Shown in pieces: positions 44,597-60,147 of a stretch of 64,000 nt of DNA. Origin of the DNA: the human T2T-CHM13v2.0 reference genome, Homo sapiens. The DNA is taken from the NCBI RefSeq assembly GCF_009914755.1, contig NC_060932.1; one strand, written 5' to 3'. The position numbers and the translations under genes are program-made. Position 1 is the stretch's first letter. Each line of letters opens with the position of its first letter. The notes beneath the pieces were generated by a model. The model saw nothing but the letters and a program-made list of their open reading frames with translations, did no database searches and was not told where the DNA came from.

Positions 44597-45939
44597 TAAC
44601 AATTTTGAGATGATAGAAGAAAGGCAGGGGAGAGAGGGTTGTTGAATAGGTTGTCAATATGTAAGTTATCTGCCATTTTTGGAAGAGGCTAGACACACTA
44701 AAGAACTATAGGTCATGTTGCAAAAAACCTTATACTTAAGTATGAATGTTTCCAAAAATAGAAATGTCACCCAGAGCTTCCAAATCATCTGAGGAATAAA
44801 ATGGGGGAGTATGGAAAACTTTATCAATAAATACATGATAGGAAGGAAATACGGTATGCAGAAAAAGCAAAGAAAAGGACAATTAAATGAAAAAAATAAC
44901 ATGGAAGAAATAAGTCCTAATTTTCAGTAATTACAAAAATTGTAATCTCAAATATTAAATTCAACTTTCTTTGAAATGCATTATACATATAAGAGAGAAT
45001 TTTCTACCCAAAAATGGCAAACATAATTTTGAATAACATACATAATTTTTTCAAAAATTAAACTTATCTTAGGTTTTAAAGAAAGTTTCAAATAATTTCA
45101 AAGAATTAATAACACACAAACCATGTTCTCTAATATTGGTGTAATTAAACTAGAAGACAAAAATAACAAGATAGTTTTTAAAAATCATAGAAATTTTAAG
45201 ATGAGCTCTAAAATAACTTATGGAATAAAGATGAAATCAAAATGGAAATGTTAAATATTAGAGCTGAATAACAGTACAGGTGGTAAATATGAAAACTAGA
45301 GGGATATAGTTACATTGATATTAGAGTTTAAATTCGAGACTTAAAGTCACTCAGCAAAAAGTTTTTTAAAGATTAAAAAAAACTAAATACTCAACTCGCA
45401 AAGCAAGACAGACTCATCATAAATCCAAAAAAAAATGGAAGCAGGAAAATAATAAAGTTAAGAGCCAAAATTAATTAAATACAACACAAAAAATTATACT
45501 GTGTATTAATAATACTAAAAGATGGGCTTTATAAACATAGTAGGATAAACCTGCAGTAAGACTGATCAAGAATAAAAGGCACAAATCAACATATTTAAAG
45601 CAAAAAGAGAGACATGATCTCCAAAGAGTAGAGTTTTAAAAAATGTTTAGATAAGAATATGAATTAAATGCTAGTAGATTTGAAAATGTAGATAAATTAG
45701 ATAAATTATGAATTATCAAAATTGGCTTAAGAAGAAATAGAAAGCCTCAATAAACAAACAAACAAAAAGCCTAAAGAAATTCAATTCCTAATCAAAGCCT
45801 TTCCCTCCAAGAGACACAAGACCAGAGTGTTTTAAGGGTGAGTCTTCCAAAATATTCAAGTCATTCTTGATAATTCCAATGGATGCTGAAAAGACATTTG
45901 ATAAAAGTCAATACCTATTCACATTAAAAAAAAAAATAC

Positions 45940-46275
45940 GGCCAGGCTCAGTGGCTCACACCTATAATCCTAGTGCTTTGGGAGGCTGAGTTGGAAGCCT
46001 CACTCGAGGCCAGAAGTTTGAGACCAGCCTGGACAACATAGAGAGACCCATCTCTACAAAAAAAAATTTTTTTTAATTAGCCAGGTGTGGTGGCCTGGAG
46101 TCCCTGCTACTTCGGAGGCCGAGGCAGGAGGATCCCTTGACCCCAGGAGTTAAGGCTGCAATGAACACCACTGTGCTCCAGCCTGGGCAACAGAGCAAGA
46201 CCTTGTCCCTAAAAAATAGATGAATAAATAAATAAATAAATAAATACATAAATAAATAAATAAATAAAATAAAAA
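45940..46275 (+). mobile_element. Alu (AluJ-like) with (TAAA)n tail
   Basis: Alu dimer with small internal deletions. Confidence 0.94.
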
Positions 46276-46991
46276 TTTTTTAAGTTTAGGAAATTGGGAA
46301 TAGGAGATGACACCCTTAATCTTATAACCTATATTATTAAACATGATACAAAATCTATTAAACATCATAATTAACAGTATAACTTGAGAATCATTAACAA
46401 TACAGTAAAAAATGAAATAAAGACACCTACCATCACTGCTTATGTTCAACATTAAACAGTGGGTTCCGGCTAATACCGTAAGATAGAAGAATAAAGCAAA
46501 TAATAATAGAAAAAGATGACCTAAAACTGTCCTTATCCCCAGGTGGTGTGATTTTCAACATAGAGAACAAACCTAAGCATTCTACAAACTATTATAACTG
46601 ATAAGTGATATTAGCAACATTTAAAAATTAATAATTTACATCTCCACTGGCAATTACCAATTAGAGATTATGATAGAATATGATAGAAAAATAATTCCAT
46701 TTATAATAGCAAGGAAAACTATAAAGAATCTATGTATAAATGTAACAAAAATGTTTAAGACACATTTGTTGGAAAAATCACAAAGTATTCATAATATACA
46801 TAATGAATAAAACACATTAATAAAGAAATAAGTACAAAGTCCATGGATAAAAAGAATATTATTAAGACACTAATTCAACCCAAATAAAATCTTATAAATT
46901 CAATACAACTCCGATCAAAATGTTAACACAATTTTTTATGAATTTGATAAGTAGATCTAGAATTCATATGAAGAGCTAAGAATCACAAAAA

Positions 46992-47264
46992 GGCCAGGCA
47001 TGGTGGCTAACGCCTGTAATCCCAACTTTGGGAGGCTGAGGTGGATGGATCACCTGAGATCGGGGGTTTACCAGCCTGGCCAACATGGTGAAACTCCATC
47101 TCTACTAAAAATATAACAATTAGCTGGGCATGGTGGCAGGTGCCACCTGGGCATGAGGCAGGAGAATGGCTTGAATCCAGTAGGCACAGGTTGCAGTAAG
47201 CCGAGACCGTGCCACCACTGCACTCCAGCCTGGGCAACAGGAGCAAAACTCCATCTCAAAATAA
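46992..47264 (+). mobile_element. Alu (AluS) with internal deletions
   Basis: Flanking repeat AAGAATCACAAA; right arm lacks TGTAATCCCAGCTACTCGGGAGGC. Confidence 0.94.
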
Positions 47265-49134
47265 AAGAATCACAAATAAATCAATTTAAAGCCATGATTT
47301 AAATAGAGTAATTTTGCCTTAGGAATTACACACAGACACACAGCTACACACACACACACATACACACAACACACACACATTCTGTCTCATGAGTCTGAAA
47401 ACAGACCCATGCATACATGAAAACTTGATATATGACAGAGGTGGAATTATACATGCGTGGAAAACATAATCATTTAACAAAGGGTGACACCAATCTGGAA
47501 AAGAGAAACCACTTAATTCCCTACCAAAAAAAAAAAAATCATTTCCAAGTAAATTAAGGCCTACATGTGAAAAGTAACGTTTTTAGAAGGCAATATAGAA
47601 AATCTCTATGACTTTGTAGAAAACAAATCATAAGGAAAAGATTTGACCTCAGTAGAAGTTAAAATTTAATATCTTTTATGCATAAACCTATAAAGGGTTA
47701 AAATTAGCATTTATACATGGCTTTCAATTTAAGGAAAAAATGACAGTAGAGAAATGGCTAAAACACATGAGCAGGCAATATACAGAAGAGGAAAGGGAAA
47801 TGATCAATAGACAGAAAAGAAATGCTCAATCTCACCAGTAACCCCAGAATTCTCAACTACAAGAGGGAGAAACGATCTCTTGTTCATCATATTGCAAAAG
47901 TTTGAAAACAAGTGTTGGTAAGAATTAGGGGGCGATCGGAACTCTCACTTAGCATGAGAAAGCAATTTGGAAATAGTAAGGGTAAAAATGTAGGTCTTCA
48001 ACCCAGAATTTCTACTATTAAATATATATTCTACGAAAACTCTCACACACATATTGTACACAGAAACATGTACAAAAATGTTAATTGCAACAATGTTTAT
48101 CACAGCAAAACACTGGGGAAAAAAATCCATCCACCAAATGAGTGGAAAAATAAATTATGACATATTTATTGAATTCATGTCTATTATACAGCAGTCAAAT
48201 TAACTGGAGCTACATGTATCAACATTAGTAATTCTCAAAAGCATGCTGATTACCAAGAAAGGAAGTGGCAATATAACTACAAGATAATATGTACAGAAAA
48301 TTTGAGAACATGCAAAACAATACATATTATTGGCACATTTGTATGTTATGATAGAATCAAAAGATGCTTGGAAGTTATGAACACAAAATTCAGTGTTCAT
48401 CTGGGAAAGGAGAAAATGAAATCACAGAAGAATACACTGGAGGCTTCAAATGTATCAGAAGTGGTTTTAATGCTTTTTAAAACCTGAAGTAAACATAATA
48501 AAATGTTATGATCCGATTAAGCTGGGTGTTGGATAAATGGATGTTTGTATAATCTGTATTTTCACAAGAATCACTTCAGTCTGGGTATCATTAAGCTGCT
48601 ATCAAACTGTGGCAGGACATACAGAAAGATCTGCCAATAATTCAAAATAGAATCAGGCAGGAAATAGATTTAAACATGCTGTGAAGTAAACTGGGCAGGA
48701 GGCTACAGATTTCATATCAGGCCAGAGGGTTAAGTAATGGTATATTTTAAACTCAAAAGAGATAAATCCTTTCCAAAAGATAAGGACTTGGGATCCCTGT
48801 TTTTAATGACTATTAAAAACTAAGTCAATGTTTCGCTGAGCGGCTCCAGGAGGGTCAGATCTAGTGTAGGACCCAAAATCTCTGGCCCATAATTTTTTTT
48901 CTGAAATCTCTCCCCCAATTTGATTGGGGTAATAACTCTTATTGGCTTGGGATGGTAAAATTGTTTTCTTCATGGGTGTCTTTTAGCCCTAGGACATTTT
49001 TGAATTAGATACAAAGATGAAGAAATAAATCAAACTACATATATATTAATACTTCTGTGTTACATTCAGGAATCTGTTTGGATAATCATTGGAACAACGT
49101 GTGTATATTTGGTATCTAAAGTGACTGTAAAGAG

Positions 49135-49440
49135 GGCTGGGCACGGTGGCTCAGGCCCATAATCCCAGCACTTTGGGAGGCTGAGGAGGCCAGGTCACTT
49201 AAGCCTAGGAGTTTGAGACCAATCTGGGCAACATAGAGAGACCCCCCACATCTCTATAAAAAAATACAAAAATTAGCTGGGTATGGTGGTGTACACCTGT
49301 GGCCCCAGGTAGGGAGGCTGAGGCAGGAAGTTTGCCTGAGCCTGGGAGGCAGAGGTTGCAGTGAGCCGAGACTGCAGCACTGCACCCCAGCATGGGCAAT
49401 AGAGCCCGATCTTGTCTCCAGAAAAAAGAAAGAAAGAAAG
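49135..49440 (+). mobile_element. Alu (AluJ/S)
   Basis: TSD AAAGTGACTGTA(A/G)AGA at 49118-49133 and 49441-49456; (GAAA)n tail. Confidence 0.96.
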
Positions 49441-50135
49441 AAAGTGACTGTAGAGATTTTGGGGGGACATAAGATAATCATAAAGATTAGAGCTGTGATT
49501 CCATTTTACAACATGCATTTGAGTAATTGATTTTATCATTGCAAGTTGAAAGGTATGAGACTTTAGCTAATTTTTTAAACTACACTGAATTTTTTTAAAG
49601 ATTTGTCATATTTATCAATTTGTTTTTATCACACTTAATAGAATTGTTCAAGAACTTGGGAAGGCTATTCTTGTTAGGGGCATTTGAAGTGCTGAAAAGA
49701 AAAGCAATTATGCTAAACTTATAAATACAGTTTTAATGATTGAAGGAATTTAATTAACTGAGTTGTAAACAGAACTGATTGTTTAAGGGGATATGTTCTA
49801 TTCACCTTGCATTAATTCAACTTTAATCAAAGGAAAATTTAAAATTTTTGCATGTATTTTACCAATTTTATGAATAGGTTTGTAACTTGAACTTAAAAGA
49901 TTAAGAAAAATCTATTTTTAATTTATAATTTTAATAAGTCAAGTACTAATGTTAACATCCTGAAACTAATCTTCTGTGTACAAATGACTCCCTTTAGGAA
50001 CACTCAAAAGCTCCAGTTATATTCTGTAATTGTGGTCATAATAAAAAAAAATTCCCTCTCAATTCTTTTCTTAAATAAAAGAAACATTCAGGTTATCTGT
50101 AAATAAAACTATAAAATTTATTGGAAAAGTTTTAA

Positions 50136-50515
<380 letters not shown>

Positions 50516-51509
50516 AAGATTTTTTTTTTTAATAGCAAAATTATCCTAAGGTACATCCCAAAAATAAAGAATCACTAATTACTAAAAATGTTTGAAAAAG
50601 AAAATTAGTAAGAAGTGACTTGCTCTGCCAAATATTAACAAGTATCATAAATCTCTATTACTCTAAAAGGATGGTTCAAAATAAAAAAAATAAAAAATAA
50701 ATAAAATAAAAGGATGGTACTGGAACCATAATAGGTAAGCAAACCAAAGAACCTAAAAGAAAGCTCAGAAATAAATCTGTGTGTATCTGTTACTGAAAGC
50801 ACCTCTATTTGTAAATATTGAATAAAACAAAGGTATATTTTGGGATGCTTCCTTCCTACTCATAATATTTCCTTTCAGGTGGAGGAGGCTGCACTGCAGC
50901 CACCTCTCCAGCCTCTTCTCACCCCTTACTCACTCCTCTCTGGAGAGAGCAAGTGACATGGATCTAAAAGTTTTGGGGGAAGATGCAATGTGCTTATCCT
51001 AACTCTGCTCTTCCCTTACTTGGGAGGGAGCTGCACATGGGGAGCAGGCACTGTTCCCATTCCAGGGGCAGGCTCCCCTTGCACACCAGGAGGGCTGCCT
51101 GGTCTCATTTTCCACTCATGGAGTGGGTTTATCTGCCAGACGCAGCGCCCATCAGCAGAAGCTTTGGGCATTCTCCAGTTTAACCTTTATCAGTAATAAA
51201 AGACTGGCCTTCATCATCCCAATTTCGTCAGGACCCATGTGAAGAAGAAAAATGCCTTCCAGAAACCCTCATGGTAGGTGCATGGGCCAAAAGCATTTAG
51301 GGAAGAAATCTTGTTCCCTTTCGACACTTTGAGTCCAACCAGAAAGGCAACTAAAACTAAGTATGCTTGATTGTTTTCCCCAACTTACTAAATAAAAAAG
51401 TCACTCAACCTCTTCAGGAGTGGAGTGAGGAAGTGGATGGAGAGAAATCAGAAGTACCACACCAATGGCGTTCCTTCACCTGGGAGGAAATATCTAGAAT
51501 AGATAATAG

Positions 51510-51856
<347 letters not shown>

Positions 51857-52382
51857 CAGAGGATGTTTTAATCAATAAAATAGTGCCAGGGAAATTGGTT
51901 AACTAATTGATAAAAACAAAGTTTAATTCCTACCTCACATCATACATTCAAGTAAGTTACACATGGATTAAAGTATTAAATGGGAGGCAACTGTGCCACA
52001 AATTGATAAACATATAAGTAAATATTTACCAAACCCAGGGTTAGAAAAGGAATTTCTAAGCATTAAGGCAAAAGAAAGACAAATTAAAAGACTAAGAATT
52101 ATTATATCAAAATGTAAAACTTTTGTATGTAAAGAAATAACATTTATCAAATGAAAAATCAAGTTACTGGGTTCCATGAGGACCCAGCAGAGACTGAAGG
52201 AGAGAAAGAGTAGAAGATCAGAAGGCGCTCTCAGGGAGTAGGATCTAGGGAGGATGCTAATTTCACTTCTGAAGTCATAGAGAAGATAAGACAACTATCA
52301 CAAAACCTGTAGTACTACTGTTCAAATCTGCTTCCAGTAGCAGTGGAGTGAAGTCATTGGTGAATCCTTTCCTAGACAATAA

Positions 52383-52697
<315 letters not shown>

Positions 52698-53396
52698 AAC
52701 AAATTCTTTTTTTAATAACCAACTATTTGAAGAAACTAGTAGATAGAAGTCAGAGAACAGCCTACCCTTAAATGACTGTAACTGTTTCCAGTAAAAATTG
52801 CAAGTTTATGGTTGTTGATTTTGTGGGGTGGGGAGTTGTTTGCTTGTTTTCTGCCTCAGAACATTCCCTAACCCTCACAGCTATAGCAGAAGAAATAAAT
52901 CAACCTTACCAATTCAAGATGGCAGAGGAAGGAGTGCAAGAGTGGTAGAAGAGGAAATTTAGGGTTAAAATCCTGGAAGTGAGAAAATTGAAGAAAGTGT
53001 GAGACCAAAAATCTGAGTGCATACTATACCCCAAAGCCCTGGATGATGACAAAACTATGGATGGATGTGGAGGAAGGGCAGGGTACCTAAGAAAAGCAAA
53101 CAGAAACCAGAAAGGCATTTACCCTTGAAAGACAGAGCTGTATTAGATGAGTTTGAGAGTTTTCTCCTTTTTTGACAGTGGAATCCCCAACCAGCAAACA
53201 GGTAAGCAACAAAAAGCTTAAGCCTTACTGGATTGAAGTATTGAAGGACTGGGCTCTGGAATGACAGAAGAGTCAAGAATTTAGAAAACTCTAGAAGCAA
53301 AGAAGCTGTAGAGAGTGTATGCCCCTAAATCTGAGTATAAACTCTGCACAAATCCTTGGCTAACCATCAAAGCATGCAGACACCAAGAAGACACAA

Positions 53397-53450
<54 letters not shown>
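53397..53450. repeat. (TACA)n(CA)n microsatellite
   Basis: Direct observation. Confidence 0.98.
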
Positions 53451-53454
<4 letters not shown>

Positions 53455-53499
53455 CTGAAAGAACTGAGAAGATATACAAGTTACTGCACACTGCAGAGG

Positions 53500-55335
53500 A
53501 AGCAGAGTTTGCAGTTTGAGTCAAGGCAATTAACTATGTACTACAACAAAACAATTCTCAGAAGAATATAACAGAATCTATAATCACTAGTACATTTATT
53601 CTGCACTACTCAGTCTTTGACCAAAAATTACCAGGTATGCAAAGAAATAGGAAAATAAAGTAGTCAATAGAAATTGACTATCAGTGGCCCAAGATATTGG
53701 ATTTGGCAAAGATTTCAAATCATTTTTATAAATATGTTTAAAGTATTAAAAGATGTGTGAATGATTAAATGAAAATATAGTCCTAATGAGTGGACTGAGT
53801 GTCATCAGATAAATGGAAATCATTAAGAATTCTAGAGCTGAAAAGTATAATAACTAATATAAAAAATGTACTAAATGCATTCAACAGTAGAATGAAGATG
53901 GAGGAAAAATCAGTGAATTTCCAAATAAATCAGTAGAAATTATCCAATTCAAATAGTAGATATAAAAAATTTTGAAGAAAAGAGTCTAAGAGATATGTGG
54001 AAAAATATTGTGCAGTCCAACATTTTGTAATTGGAGTCCCAGATGGAAAAGAAGATTAAGTACTTAAAGAAATAGTGCCAAAGTTTTCCAAATTGGAAGA
54101 AAAGCATTAACCTACAAGTCCAAGAATTTCAAAGAACCACAAGTAGGATAAATATAAAGAAATCCACACCAAAGTGCATCATTTTCAACTGCTGAAAGTC
54201 AAAGAGAAAGAGAAATCTTGAAAAGGGTACAAACATTATGGAAAACAGTTTGGTCATTTCTTACAAAGATAAACATAAAAGCCTACTCTTACCATATGAC
54301 CCAGAATTCCATTTCTAGAAATAAAGATTATACAAGGCTGTTCATAGCTGCTTTATTAATAATAACCAGAACACTGTAAACAACCCAAATATTTATCAAT
54401 GGATTAACGGAAAAATAAATTATGGTATATATATATACAATGGAATATTGCTCAGCAATAAACATGAACAAATGCCTAATATATACAACAAGATGGACAA
54501 TTCAGAAAAAAATACTAAATTATTTGAAATTTTTGAAAAGAAAACAAATTTATAATGACAGAGGGATCTGTTAACTAGTGGATATCTGAAGTTGGGGTTG
54601 GAAGAGGTCAACTGCCAAAGGTCGGGAGGTATATTAGTTATCTATTGGTTTATAACAAATTACCCTGAAACTTAGTGGCTTAGTGTCTTAACACATGTAT
54701 TATCTGTCAGTTTCTGTGGGTCAAAAATCTGGCATGACTCAACTGGTTCCTCTGGCGCTGAGCATCTCACTAGGCTGACGTCAATGTGTTGGCTGCATCT
54801 GCAGTTATGTTAAGGGTCCCCTGGGGGTAGATCTACTTCTCAGCTCACTCAGGGGGTTGTTGGCAGTATTCAGTTCTCTGCAAGTTGTTGGACTAAGGGT
54901 CTCATTTCCTCATAATCTGCTGGCCAGAGGACAGCCTCAGTTTCTTGACATGTGGGCCTCTCCATAAGGACACTTACAATATTGAAGCTGGCTTTATCAG
55001 AGTAAACAAGCAAGAGGGCAAGAGAGCAAGAGAATGGCAGCAAGATAGAAGTCATGATCTTTTGCAATCTAATCTCAGAAGTAATGCCCCATTACCTTTG
55101 CTATATTCTATTCATTAGAATCAAGTCACGAGGTGTAGCTCACGTTCAACACAGAAAATGAATACCAGGAGGTGGGAGTCATTGAGGACCATTTCAGAAG
55201 CTGCCTACCACAGAAGGGAAATTTATGGGTTGATGGAAATGTTGTATATCTTGATTATGGATCAAAACTCGTCAAAGACTACACTTAAAGTCAGTGCATT
55301 TTATCGTATGTGTGGAGTTGATTTTTTTTAAGTTA
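53500..55335 (+). mobile_element. Old L1M ORF1-region and 3' fragments, split by MLT1F
   Basis: AATTCTAGAGCTGAAAAGTATAATAACT, TAATTGGAGTCCCAGA, AAACAACCCAAAT, GATGGAAATGTT.TATATCTTGATT. Confidence 0.7.
54630..55212 (-). mobile_element. MaLR LTR (MLT1F-like)
   Basis: TATATTAGTTATCTATTG...AACTTAGTGGCTTA start, ...GCTGCCTACCACA end; 5-bp TSD GGAGG/GAAGG. Confidence 0.85.
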
Positions 55336-55481
55336 CGTGTAAAAAAGAGAGACTAAGAGGAATCTCAGCAGTTTCTGTTAAACGTGGAAGAAACCCTCTT
55401 CCTCCAAACTCAACTAAATATTCATTAAAGGAATGTACATCTCCAAGTACAAAGAGGTGTGCTTGAGAGAGCTCAGCAGAA

Positions 55482-55792
<311 letters not shown>

Positions 55793-56315
55793 TGTAGAAT
55801 TTTAGAAAACAGAAAATGGTTAGATAAGTATTGCCTCTCCTAACAGAGCAGAGGAAGGATGGTTCTAGGTGTTTTCTTTAAGAAATAAGCCAATTTATTC
55901 ATTCATGCATGGAAGCACCACAGACTATGACGTATAGGGCTGAGAGTAAGAGGACTGATAAATGTGTATAACAATTAGACTCCCAGATGCTTTCCCCCAC
56001 CAAACAATATCCATCCTCACCACATTCAAGAAACCAGAAGTTTATTCTCTGCAGAAGGTCTAGATTGGGCAAGATAATGCCCAAAATGGCAAGGATGAGG
56101 AATAATGCTGAGAGATTAATTTAAATTCTGAAGTCCGAATACTGACATTGGAATTCACAGCACCCACTCCCTACCTGTTCTCAGAACACTGGTTGCCAGG
56201 CATATGGCCCCAGACAAGACGTTGGAAGATTTTTCATTGAAAAAATTGAATTACCCCCAGAAAAAAAGGACTTCCAAAATCTAGCCATTGTAATCCCTGA
56301 ACAGAACTCTCCATA

Positions 56316-56480
56316 GCAGCACTTCTCAAACTTTGAAGTGTATGAGAGTCCCCTGGGATCTTGTTAAAATAAAGACTGGCTCAGTAGGTCTTGAGTGGAG
56401 CCCAAAATATTGCCTGTATAAAACAATCTCCCAGGTGATGGAGATGCTACTGGTTCCTGGGTCACACTTTGAGTGCCAGG
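56316..56480. mobile_element. MER5A-like hAT MITE
   Basis: CAGCACTTCTCAAACTTT...CTGGGATCTTGTTAAAAT...TCCCAGGTGATG...CACACTTTGAGT. Confidence 0.85.
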
Positions 56481-56539
56481 GCTCCCTTGTTCTTGATCTG
56501 CACGATGCAAGCTGAACTCATTTGCTTAGTATTTCTATT

Positions 56540-56830
56540 TCTTTTTGGCATGATCCCCCTCACTTGACCTATCCAAACTCACTTCACAGCATCATCTCCC
56601 ACCACACCCTCAACCCTACTTCATTCCAGGAAACACTTTCTGCTCCAACCTGAAATACATCACTCCTTCCTTTACCAGCACAAACCCTTTCTCCTCCTTC
56701 AATAGTCAACTCAAACTTCCATCACCTTCTCTCTGAAGTTGTCCCCATTTCCCTGGGGCAGACTTAATTCTAGTGCTCCATGTTTCATAATACCTTAGGC
56801 TTACCTCCATCATCAACCTGTATCTGAACT
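56540..56830 (+). mobile_element. L2 fragment
   Basis: CATCTCCCACCAC...CTCCTCCTTCAA...CAACTCAAA...CACCTTCTCTCTGAAG. Confidence 0.55.
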
Positions 56831-56835
56831 ACAAA

Positions 56836-57219
56836 CATATATATATGTGTGTGTGTATGTATGTGTGTGTACATAAATGTGTGTGTGCATGTATATATAT
56901 ATATTTTTTTGAGACAGAGTCTCACTCTGCTGCCAAGGCTGGCATGCAGTGGCATGATCTCGGCTCACTGCAAACTCTGCCTCCCGGGTACAAGTGATTC
57001 TTCTGCTTCAGCCTCCTGAGTAGCTGGAATTACAGGCACCCACCACCTCACCTGGCTAATTTTTGTGGGGTTTTTTGGTTTTTTTGTGGGGGGTTTTTTA
57101 GTAGAGACATGATTTCACCATGTTGGCCAGCTTGGTCTCAAACTCCTGACCTCAAGTGATCCGCCTGCCTCAGCCTCCCAAACTGTTGGGATTACAGATG
57201 TGAGCCACTGCACCTGACC
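56836..57219 (-). mobile_element. Alu (AluS) with (TA)/(TG) microsatellite at tail
   Basis: Reverse dimer 56904-57219; dinucleotide tract 56836-56903. Confidence 0.95.
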
Positions 57220-58402
57220 CACAAATGTATATATTTATAAAGACACAGATAGGTTAAGATGAAATGAATGAAAAAAGATATACCATGCTAATACAAATCA
57301 AAAGAAAGCTGGGGCACCTATATTAATATCAGATAAAATAGATTTTACAACAAGGAAGATAATCAGGGATAAATGGGTGCAATACATACTGATAAATGGG
57401 CCAGTTCCCCAAGAAGACATGATACAATAATTTTTAATGTCTATGCACTTAACAACAGAGCATCAAAATATGTGAGGCAAAAACTGACAGAAATGCAAGA
57501 AGAAACAGAAAAATCCACTTCTAGTTGGGGACTTAAACATTCCTCTTTCTGTATATGACAGATCAAGCAGGCAAAAAAATCAGTAAGGATATGGAAAACC
57601 TGAGAAGCACTATCAATGTAATCTCATTGATATTTATAGACTACATCCAGCAATAATAGAATTACACCTTTTTCTCAAGCTCACAGGGGCCATTCACCAA
57701 GATAAACCACACTCCAGGTCATAAAACCCACCTTAACAAATTTAAAAGAATGGAAATAATTCAAGGTATGTTCTCAGACCACAATGCAATTAAACCAGAA
57801 AACAATAACTGAAACATAGTTGGAAAATTCCAAAATATTTGGAAACTAGACAATACAATTCTAAATAATACATAGGTCAAAGAATATATATCAAGAAAAA
57901 CTTAAAATTATTTTGAAGTAAATGAAAATAAAAAACAACTTATCAAAATTTGTGAGATGTGGCAAAAGCTGTGCTTAAAGGAAAGTGTACAACATTAAAT
58001 GCATACGTTAGAAAAAAAGAAAGATCTAAAATTGATCATCTAAGCATTTCCACCTTAGGAAGCTAAAGAAAGAAGCATAATTTAAGCATAAAATAAGCAT
58101 AAAAATACAAATTATAGCAGAAATCATGAAATTAGAAAACAGAAAAAATTTAAAAACAAAGCTGGTTATTTGAAAAGATTAATAAAATTAATTAGCTTCT
58201 CAGGCTAAACAAGAAAAAAAATTACTAAAATCAGAAATGAAAGAGGGGTCATTACTACTGAACCCATACACATTAAGAGGAAAATAAAGAAATACAACGA
58301 AAAACTCTCTGCCTACGAATTTGATAATGTAGATGAAATGGGCCAATTCCTTGAAAGACACAAACTACCAAAACACACACACACGATGTAAAATACATTT
58401 TA

Positions 58403-58716
58403 GGCTGGGCACAGTGGCTCACACCTGTAATTTCAACGTTTTGGGAGGCCAAGGTAAGAGGATGGCTTGAGGCCAGGAGTTCGAGACCAGCCTGGGCAAT
58501 ATAGTAAGACTGTCTCTATAATAAAATTTTTAAAAAAAATAGCCAGGCATGATGACACATGTCTGTAATCCCAGCTACCTAGGAGGCTGACTTAGGAGGA
58601 CCACTTGAGCCCAGCAGAAGTTCAAGCTTACAGCAAGCTATAATTGCATGACTATACTCTAGCCTGGTTGACAGAGGGAGACCTTGCCTCTAAAAAATAA
58701 GAAAATAAATAAACAA
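58403..58716 (+). mobile_element. Alu (AluJ-like)
   Basis: Flanking repeat TAAAATACATTTT. Confidence 0.94.
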
Positions 58717-59458
58717 ATAAAATACATTTTTAAAATTCTGGAACTTGTGAGCAATTACAAAATTATCTCAAGATACAAGGTTAATATATGAAAGTCTATT
58801 GCTTTTCTATATACAAAAATAAAAAATTGAGATTTGAAATGAAAACACAACACTATTTACAATGGCACACAAAAAAACATGTTTATGTATAGATCTAATA
58901 AAATAAATATAGGATCCGTATGTAGAACTACAAAACTGTGATAAAATCAATGAAGATCTAAATAAATGTCACATTCATGGATTGGAAGACTCAATACTAA
59001 CAAGATGTCAGTTCCTCCCAACTTGACCAATAGATTCAGAACAATCCTAATGAAAACCCTAGCAATATATTTTGTGTATATTGACAAACATTCTAAAATG
59101 TATATGAAAAGGCAAAAGATCCTGACTAGCCAACACAATACCCAAGAAAGAGAACAAACTTGGAGGATTGATGCTACCCAATTTCAAGACTTAACTATAA
59201 AGTGATAGTAATCAAGACAGTGTGGTATTGGTGAATGAATGGACACATAAATCAATGGAACAGAATAGGTGACCAGAAATACACCCAAGCAAATATAGTC
59301 AGCCTATTTTTAACAAAACAGCAAAGGCAACTCTGTGGACAAAGGATAGACTTTCCAACAAATATTGGCTGAACAACTGTGCCTCCCTATGTGAAAAAAC
59401 TAATCTAGACACAAACCTTACACCTTTCATAAAAACTAACTCAAAATGGATTATAGAC

Positions 59459-60147
<689 letters not shown>

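Larger units (their letters stand above)
42340..48560 (+). mobile_element. Stacked, highly decayed L1M fragments (ORF2 and 3' UTR remnants) with younger inserts
   Basis: Recognisable L1 ORF2 DNA (AAAATATTAGCAA..GAATCCAGCAG, GATGCTGAAAAGACATTTGATAAAA, GAGTCTGAAAACAGACCCA) in A-rich plus strand. Confidence 0.75.
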
